64,000 nucleotides of DNA, taken from positions 1 through 64,000 of IMG/VR virus record IMGVR_UViG_3300043120_000039. One strand, given 5' to 3'. The translations under genes and the position numbers were made by a program. How positions within the stretch are numbered: the first letter of the stretch is position 1; each line of letters starts with the position of its first letter. Under the pieces are notes generated by a model. The model saw nothing but the letters and a program-made list of their open reading frames with translations. It did no database searches and was not told where the DNA came from. Shown here one piece after another: positions 52,602 through 62,703 of this stretch. This DNA comes from a virus (lineage: Duplodnaviria; Caudoviricetes).

Positions 52602-53018
52602 ATGACTAAGAAAACTTTATATATTCTAAGAGGACTACCATCTAGCGGAAAGACAACTTTAGCTAAAACCTTGGAAATTTCCTTACAGGATTGTATTGCA
52701 TATGCAGCAGATGATTTTCATTATGATGACCAAGGGAATTATAATTGGAAACCAGAAAATGTTCATTTAGCTCATAAGTGGTGTCAAGACAGTGTTATGG
52801 TTTGTATGGATGCTGGTGTAGCTAATATTGTGGTTCATAATACATCGACATCTGAAAAAGAACTAAAACCATATACATCTATGGCTAATGCTTATGGATA
52901 TAAAGTTGTAAGTCTGATTATAGAAAAACGTCACAGTAATAAGAACAATCACAATGTTCCAGAAGATGTTGTTAATAAAATGGAAGAACGTTTACAGCAT
53001 AGTTTAAAATTACGTTGA
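52602..53018 (+). CDS. Polynucleotide-kinase-like P-loop protein
   Basis: RGLPSSGKTT, ADD, V.NT and HNVP motifs. Confidence 0.8.
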   Translation: MTKKTLYILRGLPSSGKTTLAKTLEISLQDCIAYAADDFHYDDQGNYNWKPENVHLAHKWCQDSVMVCMDAGVANIVVHNTSTSEKELKPYTSMANAYGYKVVSLIIEKRHSNKNNHNVPEDVVNKMEERLQHSLKLR

Positions 53019-53030
53019 TATAATAAAAGA

Positions 53031-53055
53031 AACCCCTTCCAAAACGGAAGGGGTT
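53031..53055. terminator. Terminator hairpin at a convergence
   Basis: AACCCCTTCC...GGAAGGGGTT. Confidence 0.7.
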
Positions 53056-53210
53056 GTGTTTGAGAGGAGAATAATTATCACATAGAGTGACTATTCTTTT
53101 ATGACACTTATATTCTTGTGTATAAGATGTTGAGGAGGAGTCAGTTTTATAGAAAGGTTATTGTTGCTATAAACTATTCTTGCACAAATATTATTACTTG
53201 TCAATAAGAA

Positions 53211-53600
53211 TTAATCTTCAGAATTGAAATCTAAGCAAATTAAACCATTTGTACCATTTGCTTTAGATTCTACCTTTTCAGAAGTTTCACCACTTTCAGA
53301 AGATTCTTCATCTTCAGTTTCATAGTAATCATTAAGGAACTTATCTGCCATATCAAGATGAAACTTAATTGCCATTACACGATCCTTGATACCTGCTTTA
53401 GCAAAGTCACCTTTACCTTTTGCAAGTTCTTCCATCATCAAGTAATAGGCTTCCAAATCCTTAGCTGTTTGAGCATGAACCTTATCTTGAACATGTTGAA
53501 TAGCATTCAAAACACTTTTGAAATTGCCTGCTGCTGGACGTGGTTGACGACCTCGTTCCTTTTCCTGATTACGTGCTTCTACTTGCTTCTTAGTAGCCAT
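53211..53600 (-). CDS. Hypothetical protein (possible small terminase)
   Basis: Basic GR.P N-terminus, helical core, acidic tail; function is a guess. Confidence 0.35.
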   Translation of the reverse strand: MATKKQVEARNQEKERGRQPRPAAGNFKSVLNAIQHVQDKVHAQTAKDLEAYYLMMEELAKGKGDFAKAGIKDRVMAIKFHLDMADKFLNDYYETEDEESSESGETSEKVESKANGTNGLICLDFNSED

Positions 53601-53846
53601 AATTTACCTCTTATATCTTATCTTACATCTGTAAGAATAATTTTAATAATCATCCCGTTCACCAACATAGAATTGCTCTGTCAAATGTGAATGTTCATAA
53701 TCACGACTTGTGTATGCATAATCATATTCACTTGGGCGACGACAACTTGGGCAAAATTGATAGTGTTCATCTGGAGCATTATCTGATGCTGGGAAAGCAA
53801 AGAATTTAAAACATGAGCCGCATTGCATACGACCTCCTAATATTTG

Positions 53847-54389
53847 TTATTGGTTCTTTGATTTTCTCAAAAGTTCAGCAGTGATTTCATTTTTATCTTT
53901 GCTACCTTTTGAAGAACCAAAAAAGAATTGAATAATACCGCTTATAATAGTCGCGAGAAGAAAACCTAGCGTGGTATCAGCGAACCTTACAGCGCTTTCT
54001 GGTACAGTGAAAAATGTAATACCTACCAGATAAATCATTGCGAAAATAGACCAAGCAGAAGCAAAATAGTAGATAAACCTTTTACTGAAAATATCCTCTT
54101 GACGTAAAGCTTCCTTCTGCATATCACGAGCATCTTTTTTATCTGCTAGATACATTTCGTCAAGACGGTGTTTGTCAGCAAGAACAGCTTCTTGAAATTT
54201 CAATGCTACATTTGGGTCTGTACTGATTGCTTCTAATGCTTTATTCTTATCAGAGATACCAGTAACGCTTGATGCAATGTCTAATACTTCTGATGTCATT
54301 TGTTCTGCTTTGTCACCACCAAACCATCCAGCAACATCTGGTAATAGTTTAACTAGTGAGGGGATTGCCATTGCTAATAATGGTGCCAT
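53847..54389 (-). CDS. Holin-like protein (3TM-holin type)
   Basis: D...AR.MQ motif, two TM segments, FFFGSS. Confidence 0.7.
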   Translation of the reverse strand: MAPLLAMAIPSLVKLLPDVAGWFGGDKAEQMTSEVLDIASSVTGISDKNKALEAISTDPNVALKFQEAVLADKHRLDEMYLADKKDARDMQKEALRQEDIFSKRFIYYFASAWSIFAMIYLVGITFFTVPESAVRFADTTLGFLLATIISGIIQFFFGSSKGSKDKNEITAELLRKSKNQ

Positions 54390-54513
54390 TTTAAAATAAT
54401 CCTGTTTTATTATTGATAGTCTATTGTAGCATGAATAAGCACTATTATCAATTAGATTATTTTAGATAAAATAAAACCCCACGCAAAGGTGAGGTTGTTT
54501 ATTAAATCAACTT

Positions 54514-54930
54514 TTATTCAATACTAATAGTTTTTGGAAGTTCTTCTTCTGGGATAATCTTGTTAAGATAAATCTTAAGTAACCCATCTTCAAGTTTACT
54601 TGAACAAACTTCAACGCCTTTTTGAAGAGTAAAACTTCGAGTGAATTTACTACGTTTGATTGTAGATTCAAGAGTTGATTCATAACCGTCTTCAACTTGA
54701 TCAGAAGGTTTACCTTTTACAGTAAGAATATTCTTCTCAAGCTTAATTTCAATATCTCCTCTCTTATATCCTGCAAGTGCAAGTTCAATAACATATTTAT
54801 CTGATTTGAACTTTTTGATTGAATAAGGTGGGAAGATGGAATTGTTTGTGAATCTTAAAGTATCATTTGCATGATTACCAAAAGAAAAATCAAACAGTGT
54901 GAATAGGTCACGTTCAAAAGTAGAAAGCAT
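54514..54930 (-). CDS. Small heat-shock protein (Hsp20/IbpA-like)
   Basis: PPY.I, IELALAG, F.RSF.L, L.DGLL.I and P..I.I motifs. Confidence 0.92.
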   Translation of the reverse strand: MLSTFERDLFTLFDFSFGNHANDTLRFTNNSIFPPYSIKKFKSDKYVIELALAGYKRGDIEIKLEKNILTVKGKPSDQVEDGYESTLESTIKRSKFTRSFTLQKGVEVCSSKLEDGLLKIYLNKIIPEEELPKTISIE

Positions 54931-54989
54931 AATAAGTCTCCTTATTTATGTTAATGTTTATGAGCAATATCTCTATTGTCCCAGGTTAA

Positions 54990-55044
54990 GTGAAAGAAAC
55001 CCTCTTACAAAACCATGTAGCTCACAATCTTGATAAGAGGGTTT
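54990..55044 (-). terminator. Terminator-like stem closing the candidate ncRNA
   Basis: AAACCCTCTTA...TAAGAGGGTTT followed by CTTTC on -. Confidence 0.55.
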
Positions 55045-55630
55045 GGTTAAAATCGGCACGTCTACCTAGACATTCACAGTGTCTTACCTCTGGCTCCGAA
55101 GAGTCTCAAACTTGCCTTGCGGCTAACATTACCACTAAACCTTATAACGTAGTCCGTGGTCAAGACTCCGGTTTTACTCTCAACGAATCCAATATCATGC
55201 AAAAATATCGGAGGAGAAAGTACCATACTTCAAAGTGTTGCCTCACCTTCTCATAACGGCTATGGTTAACCTGATTTCTAAGACCAATCGTGAAATATTG
55301 AAGTCACAGTTTACTCTGCCAAGTCGTGATTGATGTCTATTTAAACTCGCTTCATCTACTTGGAGCAACCCGAGTTGTCAGCCTTCAATAAGACAAGGTT
55401 AGTGACTGACACGCTTCCTTGAATAAAGTAACACCTTAAACCAAAATCTCTTGTGAACAACGATGGTAGTCGTGAGAATTGTCCAGATCTTGTGTGAAAA
55501 GTGTTAAAATTAAAAGCTCTATTGATACAATCATCCGGTAGCGACACATTCCGATTATATCCATGAGTTGAGCCACTTCTCATGCGCCTTGCTATAACAA
55601 CTTCGGTCCCAAGGTCGAATCTTTTCTATA
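55045..55630 (-). ncRNA. Candidate large structured non-coding RNA (about 580 nt)
   Basis: No credible ORF, raised GC, GCAA and UUCG tetraloop hairpins, own promoter and terminator. Confidence 0.65.
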
Positions 55631-55635
55631 CTTTA

Positions 55636-55665
55636 ATCTTAGCAGTTATTGTTTACTTTTGTCAA
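55636..55665 (-). promoter_or_regulatory. Sigma70 promoter for the candidate ncRNA
   Basis: TTGACA (55665-55660), 18-nt spacer, TGc-TAAGAT. Confidence 0.65.
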
Positions 55666-56762
55666 GCAGAGTCTTAACGAAATCTACCAAGCTACAGACG
55701 ATCATAAATGCTACGAAAAAGAAATCAAAAGTATCGTCCTTCGTATTGAAATGGAAGTCTCCTGTAAACATACCAACTAATAGTAGTACTGCTGCAATCG
55801 AACCTAAAATATTAATAGTTTTTGAAATCATAATCAATTCTCCTCTAAAATTTTAATTTTATTAAAATACACACTTTTCACATCATCAATGAAATCTTTG
55901 AAAGTAGTTCCCATTCCAACATAGTGTAGTGGTACACATTCAATATAAGCATCAATTAACATTTTAAGCTTATCATCATCTTGTGTAGAATTCAACTCTT
56001 GTCGCCAAATAATTTCTGTTACACGAGAATGTTTGATTATATCAAGTTTAGTTAGTGGTTTATTCAAAATCAAGTACCTCTTTCAAATCGTCTAACATTT
56101 TCAAGATAACTTTATCACTTTCTTCTACATCGCGCAAGTATTTATTAATAGTAAATGAATGCGATGAATAAAGTTCCTCTTCCACAAACCATTTCTCATC
56201 TTTGATGAAAGCCTCTTGTGGAAGGTTAATTTTCTGATAAAGTTTATGTTTTGTCAACAAGTAAATATCCTTTTCATCAAGATTTTGTTTTGCTTGATGA
56301 AGAAGTTCCAACTTTGTGACAGAAACTGTGACTTCTTGAGAATGTGTTGCTTTAAGTTTTATTGTCATAACCCTAACACCCTGTCACCAATATCCATTTC
56401 TAACATAATGTTGCACACTTCTTCAAAAGCTTTGAACTGATCTTCTGGAATATAATAATCAATTTCTCTAAGAGTAACATTTGTTTGCTCATATTTAAAA
56501 CCAGCAAACACATAATGTACTAACAATTTATAAGCTTCTTTAGTTTGTGATGGATTTACAAAATTAATAATTTTCATCAATCAACACCTTTAATTTAATC
56601 AGACAATCTTCTCCTGCTGAACATTTCACTACAAACTCTGGATTCTGCACAGCATGTTTATAAGCTATACCTTCATACAAGTCCATAGCGAGCTGTTCTA
56701 CAGCAAGATAATAACCTTCATACCTTTCAAAACAATAAATTTCCATTTCATTTATCATAAGC

Positions 56763-57041
56763 TCACTCCTCAAACCAACCAATTGCACACTCTGTGTTAG
56801 GTTCTACTTCTGTAAAACCTCTGTCAACATGAATATGATATAACGCGTCCTTGTTGTCAAGACAATATTGTTTATATTCTTCAAACTTCTTATCGCTTGC
56901 TGTAAGGACAACTACAACATCATCCCAAGCATCTGTGTCACCACAAACTTTACCAAGCTCTTTACCGATATGTGTACACACAGCAGCAAGTTTTTGTGGT
57001 GAGAGTTTAAGGCTCTTTCGGTAATAGATTTTAATTTTCAT
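56763..57041 (-). CDS. Peptidyl-tRNA hydrolase 2-like protein
   Basis: S..KLAA...H and D.G.TEV.P...A.G PTH2 pattern. Confidence 0.7.
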   Translation of the reverse strand: MKIKIYYRKSLKLSPQKLAAVCTHIGKELGKVCGDTDAWDDVVVVLTASDKKFEEYKQYCLDNKDALYHIHVDRGFTEVEPNTECAIGWFEE

Positions 57042-57485
57042 GAAATCTCCTCTCTGATTTTCATAAGTAATTTACCAAGATTGTTTTCACCTTCATTAGT
57101 TTTAAGACTTACACCCCAAAAGATATCATTCCACCAATTCATTTCTACAAGTTCTACATCTCTAGTCTCGATGAGTTTTTGACGTAGAATTGGGTTATGT
57201 TCAGAGAACTTATATCTTAAACTATATTCCATAACATTGATTTTAACTTCATCCCAATCCGATCTCCATTCATGTTTGAGAGAATTGACATATTTCTTCA
57301 AACCTTTGCTTGGGTGATTAGATATCTCTTTCCTATGTACACTACCTTTATCAAATTTCATTGCTTGGTAAAAGTGTTCATTTGTGGTAAAGGTTAGTCC
57401 AAAGTAAAACATTGGTTTTTTCGAAATATGTAAAGTTTGATAAGAATGAGAATTCTTCTCTGAAACCTTTTTCTGTTTGGTTCAT
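57038..57485 (-). CDS. NADAR (YbiA-like) family protein, frameshifted at an A6 run
   Basis: FLSNF motif in one frame; EHFYQA.K, W...K, KF, E....D..WG and G.N.LG..LM..R in the next. Confidence 0.8.
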
Positions 57486-58126
57486 AAATCTTTAGTCTCC
57501 AGTCCATATTTAATGTCGTGTTCTAACTTTAATTTTATCCTATTCAACCCGAATAGAACTCTATCTTCTGTTGTATCATCTATAAACTCTATAACCCTAT
57601 CCAATTTAGCTTTTTGCCATTGCAAATGTGCTTCCTCTGGAGTGCTAAAGTATCCTAAACTTTTAGACTTACCTTTATAACAAATACCCGCCCTGAAAGA
57701 ATTATTCCACCTGTAATAGTTCACACCTATAGGATAATTACCTCTAGTCTTATCACTAAGGGTTAGGAATGTATTTAAATCTCTGCTTATAAAGATACAA
57801 GTATCCGGTGAATACTCTTTATTATTCTCTATAAGTAAATCTTTATCAAGCACTTTATTCTCCCAATCTTGTAATTCCATCCATGCCTTAAAGTTTGAGA
57901 ATAATTTCCATTCATCACATATGTAACAATCCCTGTAAGTTTCCTTAAGTTTATGATAGGCTGGAGAGTAACATCTTTGTAAGATGTTGTGCCATTTTAA
58001 ATGGTAAGGACATTGCCATAAAAGTTTAGATTTATTAATACCGTCTTCAGTTTTCCATCTAATCCTTTCCTCCTGTTTATAATCAGCATTGTTTATGCCT
58101 ACCCCAAAAACTAATCTTTTACTCAT
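57482..58126 (-). CDS. HNH-AP2-like homing endonuclease (paralog of 30667-31437)
   Basis: W..IL.RCY, W..FSNF..W, LDKD, YSP.TC.F and LG.F.T.EEAH motifs. Confidence 0.8.
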   Translation of the reverse strand: MSKRLVFGVGINNADYKQEERIRWKTEDGINKSKLLWQCPYHLKWHNILQRCYSPAYHKLKETYRDCYICDEWKLFSNFKAWMELQDWENKVLDKDLLIENNKEYSPDTCIFISRDLNTFLTLSDKTRGNYPIGVNYYRWNNSFRAGICYKGKSKSLGYFSTPEEAHLQWQKAKLDRVIEFIDDTTEDRVLFGLNRIKLKLEHDIKYGLETKDL

Positions 58127-59532
58127 ATCAAACTCTTCTCCTTACAATATTTCCAAAATTTAATTGATTCCTCAGATACTTTCACATGAAAAGGTTTAAC
58201 TTGCTGTTTAAGGTGAATTTTGTTAATGTCAACACCTCTACTTAATCCAAGATACAAAAAGTTTGTCGCAAAGTCTCCCATCTTTTTCCAAGTGTATAAG
58301 TAATCTTCTCCAAGGTCAATAATATAATCTGTGCTAATTGTAAGCCCTTGTGACTTCATAATGGAAATACTTGAACTAGGTAGTACAGGCAGACACACCA
58401 TAGAACCAAGAATTTTCTCTTTAACTTTGGTTGTGATTTCACCAGATTCTTTATCAACAACATCTTCTGTGTAGACTTCTTTGTTTTGCCATTCGTTTAA
58501 AGTTACATATTCTTCTTTTCCTGAGTGGTCAAACTTAATATAACAACCTTCACTATCCGCAAGAGTTACAATTCCTGTGCTACCATTACTCCATCTACCA
58601 TATTCTTCATTGGTGATTGTCATAACTTTCAAACCTTTACAAATAGTCACCCCATTTTCTCTTACCAAAGTGTCTTTGATATTGAAATCGCCTTGTATTA
58701 AAGCAGGAAAATGAAACTTTTCATTTGGGTTATTGTTTAACACACTTTCGTTAATACTATCAACTTGTTTATTGGTAGCTGCAAGATAAATCCACTCAGG
58801 GTTATATTGATTGCTTTGACGTTTATTTAACCACTTGAAGCATTTATCAAAACGTTCTTTCTGGTTGTATCTGATCACATCAAGGCAAGCTTTGAAAACT
58901 TTATCTTCTTGGCGCTCGACTTTATCTAGAACATAGTACTCAAAATTAAATCTACCCCATACAGACGATTCAAACATCAAATGTGAACCCCATCGAGATT
59001 TTAGTTCAGCCTTCAAATCATCATCTGCAATAGTTACAGATTGTCCTGTATCACCTACCAAGACTAAACGAATATTACGCTTCTTACGTTTACGGTATTT
59101 TCGATTAAACCTTTCCAATCTCCTCCAAATAACATCTAGATTATCAGAGTTCAATAAGAAAGCTTCATCTATCAAAATAATCTTAATCTTATCTGAACCA
59201 CCTAATAAACCTGAAGATTTGGAAGAAACTTTCTTGTAGTCATACTCTGTAGCAGGTTTAATTGGTAGTGAAAGATAAGCGTGTGCTGTCCCATATGAGC
59301 AAGATAAGTTTTGGGAAGCTACCCCTGTACTACAGAAAACAGCTAACTCTTCACCATACCACTTTTTGAGAAGTTTAATCATCTCCCCTTTTCCAACACC
59401 AGCAAGACCTTGGAGAATTCCATGCCTGTTGCTTGAAATGAATTTGTGTAAAAACATTTGTTGTTTTTCATTCAAAGGTACTGATGCTGAAGCAATTAAA
59501 TCATTAACACTCTGCAACTTTTCATCAATCAC
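58123..59532 (-). CDS. SF1B (Pif1/Dda-like) helicase
   Basis: G.AGVGK, IDEA, VGD..Q, RQ, NGS.G.V, SQG.T and Y..LSR motifs. Confidence 0.88.
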   Translation of the reverse strand: MIDEKLQSVNDLIASASVPLNEKQQMFLHKFISSNRHGILQGLAGVGKGEMIKLLKKWYGEELAVFCSTGVASQNLSCSYGTAHAYLSLPIKPATEYDYKKVSSKSSGLLGGSDKIKIILIDEAFLLNSDNLDVIWRRLERFNRKYRKRKKRNIRLVLVGDTGQSVTIADDDLKAELKSRWGSHLMFESSVWGRFNFEYYVLDKVERQEDKVFKACLDVIRYNQKERFDKCFKWLNKRQSNQYNPEWIYLAATNKQVDSINESVLNNNPNEKFHFPALIQGDFNIKDTLVRENGVTICKGLKVMTITNEEYGRWSNGSTGIVTLADSEGCYIKFDHSGKEEYVTLNEWQNKEVYTEDVVDKESGEITTKVKEKILGSMVCLPVLPSSSISIMKSQGLTISTDYIIDLGEDYLYTWKKMGDFATNFLYLGLSRGVDINKIHLKQQVKPFHVKVSEESIKFWKYCKEKSLI

Positions 59533-61422
59533 AATTCTCCTCCAAAGTATGATCAAGCGCCCCAAAAGCACCTTCTTCACGAATCAACTTTTCTGGATAA
59601 AGCCCTACCTCTATCAAAATTCCATTTTCTTCAAGAAGATTAATCCCGATAGTATTCACTTGCACAAAATTATCTACATCATCAAAATGTGTATGCAAAT
59701 GTACAATAGGTACATCTTCCAGTGCAAGTAATTGTCTTGCTAGTTCATGTGTTGTCATTTAAGTTTATCCTCTCTGATCACTCTTTCTGCCTCACGCCAT
59801 GTACAGAGACTGTTTTCCTTACAATAAATATCCCACATACTAAGGCAATATCTTTTAACAGGTAGAGTTTTGTAAAAGTTTAAGAAGAACCTTTTCTTAG
59901 GTATGTACAAATTTTCATGGTGTTCGTGTTTAATAATTTTGTACTTTTGTAGTAATAATATGCAGAATATATCTACAACTACGAGTAATGTCAATACAAT
60001 TAAAATTATATCCATAATACCTCCTATTTCTAACTGAGAGCCTTTCTCAGACGTTTTAACCTTTAAAATGGATAATCACCTTAGTAAATATCAAATCTTC
60101 TCTAAGAGCTTGTGAGAAGTTAATCCATCAATGCCATATAAATCATACTATCTGCTTCTTCAAGACGTTCCTTTGCATCAACTAAATATTCTGTATACTC
60201 AGGATGTTCTTTTATAGCATAATTAATCTTTGCTTGCAAGTATTCTAAGTCTTGCATGAGTTCTTGTAGTAAAGTCATTCTATTCTCCCCTAATCTTCAA
60301 AGGTTTTGGTGGTGGAGGTGGTGCTTTAGCACGGGTATGTTCCTCTTTAAACTCACACTTTTCACAACCATTGAATTCTTTGCAACAACGTGATCCAATA
60401 CCAAAGAAGCTTTTAGGTACATTCTCATTTTTACACCAAGCACCTTTATCATTGTAAATACAATTTATGTTGATATTCATTCCCACTCCTTAATCTCATC
60501 TTCAATTTGTGCAGGAATCCATGTTGAATCCGATTCATCTCCTGCAAATCTCCACAAACCTTTATCGACACGATAGAATACAAACCTATCACCATTCCAG
60601 AAACGGAGTTTACGTTCTCCAAGTAATTGTGCCATATCACTGCCTCCAAGTCAAAGCTTCATTGTACATTTGCATTGCTTCAGTATCACCTTTGTTGGAG
60701 AGATATGTTACTAATGAACAAAATGCAATCATCCCTAACATTTTCAACATTTGGTAAAATACAAACATATTTACAAAAATAATCGTGAATAATATTACCA
60801 CACCTTTCCAATATTCTTCTGCAGGACTAACATGAATGCTATCACAAAAGTGATAAGTTACGGTAGTTAAGGTTGCAAGAAACAAATTTAAAATCAAACT
60901 TTCTCGATCATTCTTCCAACTCCATTGACGTTTAAACAATTCCCAAAAACTAAACTTTTCCATAATATTTCTCCTAATAAAATTAAACCAGACATGCTAA
61001 GATTAACACATCTGGATATATTGTCAACTAGTTTTCAATAATTTCAAATACTAAGTATTGTAGCATCTCAATGTCGCCATGAAGAATGTCATATTGTTCC
61101 AAAGTTAAACCTTCTGAGTAACGTGTCATTGTGTCCTTCAAATCAGCAAGCTTTTCTGAAACTTCTTTTAATTTAGTAAGTTTCATGTTTTCTCTGTCCG
61201 AATAAACTTCCACAACTTCATATACATCTTGGTCATCGAATTTCAAAGGTACATGCGTTGGTGCCATAATATACTTCTTAAATTGTAATTCGATAGGTAC
61301 ATTAAAACGACTACGTTTCCAAGCTGATTTTGCATCACTAGCTTTGTTCCAACTACTTTTACCTGAATCAGCTACCCACTGTTGCAAAGTGTCTTTGTTA
61401 CGAATTATGAATGTGCTCATAT

Positions 61423-62703
61423 TTACTTCTCCTTTCTAATAGTACAATTGTTTGATGAACCAAGAACCATTTCAAATCCCTGCTTCATTACTTCTCGCAA
61501 CTTATCCTCTATAACATAAGGTGCTATAAACTCATCGAATACTTGTACAACTAAATAATCAGTATTCTGTAAGAAGTAGTTCATAACATAGTCATTAATC
61601 AACCCTCCTGCATATTGTAATTCGTAACCAAAATTACAATAGAAACAGTCACGTATTTGATAGTGAACTTCTTCTAACTTATCTAGTATTACTTTCGTTG
61701 GAAATACAGGGCAGTAGAGTTTACCGGATTCGTAGAGTGCTTCTGCATCATAAGTTTTACGTAATGCTGATATAAGAGCTTTATCTGCTTGTTCATAAGA
61801 TTCAGTGTTGAACATGATAAGCAGTGCTTTCTTGGCAACATCTCTCATAATACTTTTATCTATACCAAAAATTTCTATATCATAAGGGTCTTCCATAGGT
61901 TTGGTTAGGTGTAACATTTGGTAAGCAATAGACGGTTCAAAACCTTTGTAATCCAACCTAACCACATTGTATTCATCTATAATCAGCTTACTACGGTCTT
62001 CTTTAGACAACTGTTGAATACTTCCACCCTGCATATATGTTCTTCCACCTTTTGTTAAGGTTTCATTGTAAACTTTATAACTTTGTACATCAAATTGAAT
62101 ATCATCTAAAGATATGGTATGGGATAGAGACCTTGTATTGTAATCTTGTAAATACCCACGAACCTCTTGTTTATGTGTGTTCATCTTAAAAGTCTTCTCC
62201 TTACCATCTTTATCTCTAAGAAATAATACATTCATCATAGGATCTTGTCCAAAAGTATTTTCATAGTTCATATAGAGTTCAATTAGTTTTGTTTCAGCAA
62301 CAGCGTACGAAGGATGTGTATCAACAGGTCTCCATTTACCATCTACATAACCCCAACCCTCATAGCCACCTTTAACTACATCAATATAGCTTTCATGATA
62401 TAAGAAGTCAAATAATTTCATGGTGTATGTATAGCTAATCTTTCTCTTGGTGTCACGACCATTAACAATAACATGTTTACTATAGTGATTCTGGTTTAAG
62501 GTTAGAGGTATCTTACTCCTACCTTTTCTTATCGGATAGAATGAATTCAAGACCCAACACTTAACGACATTAGTTATCTTTTCTTCTCGACTACTGGTGA
62601 TATTTAGCATCTCATGATCAACAAGGTATTCAGTGAACTCCTGTACTAATACTTCAACAAGTCTATTAAACCCTTTATTAATATTATAATCTAATTGATA
62701 CAT
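61423..62703 (-). CDS. Second minimal Pol-A/T7-RNAP-like palm-domain protein
   Basis: GGR.Y; R..L.I; motif A DYKGFEP; motif B R.VAK.ALL; motif C VFDE. Confidence 0.6.
   Translation of the reverse strand: MYQLDYNINKGFNRLVEVLVQEFTEYLVDHEMLNITSSREEKITNVVKCWVLNSFYPIRKGRSKIPLTLNQNHYSKHVIVNGRDTKRKISYTYTMKLFDFLYHESYIDVVKGGYEGWGYVDGKWRPVDTHPSYAVAETKLIELYMNYENTFGQDPMMNVLFLRDKDGKEKTFKMNTHKQEVRGYLQDYNTRSLSHTISLDDIQFDVQSYKVYNETLTKGGRTYMQGGSIQQLSKEDRSKLIIDEYNVVRLDYKGFEPSIAYQMLHLTKPMEDPYDIEIFGIDKSIMRDVAKKALLIMFNTESYEQADKALISALRKTYDAEALYESGKLYCPVFPTKVILDKLEEVHYQIRDCFYCNFGYELQYAGGLINDYVMNYFLQNTDYLVVQVFDEFIAPYVIEDKLREVMKQGFEMVLGSSNNCTIRKEK

Noticed and set aside
54990-55583. ORFs 54990-55256 (+) and 55356-55583 (-) as proteins, or a tRNA cluster
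   Set aside because: No RBS and atypical composition; no cloverleaf or T-loop/CCA pattern recognised
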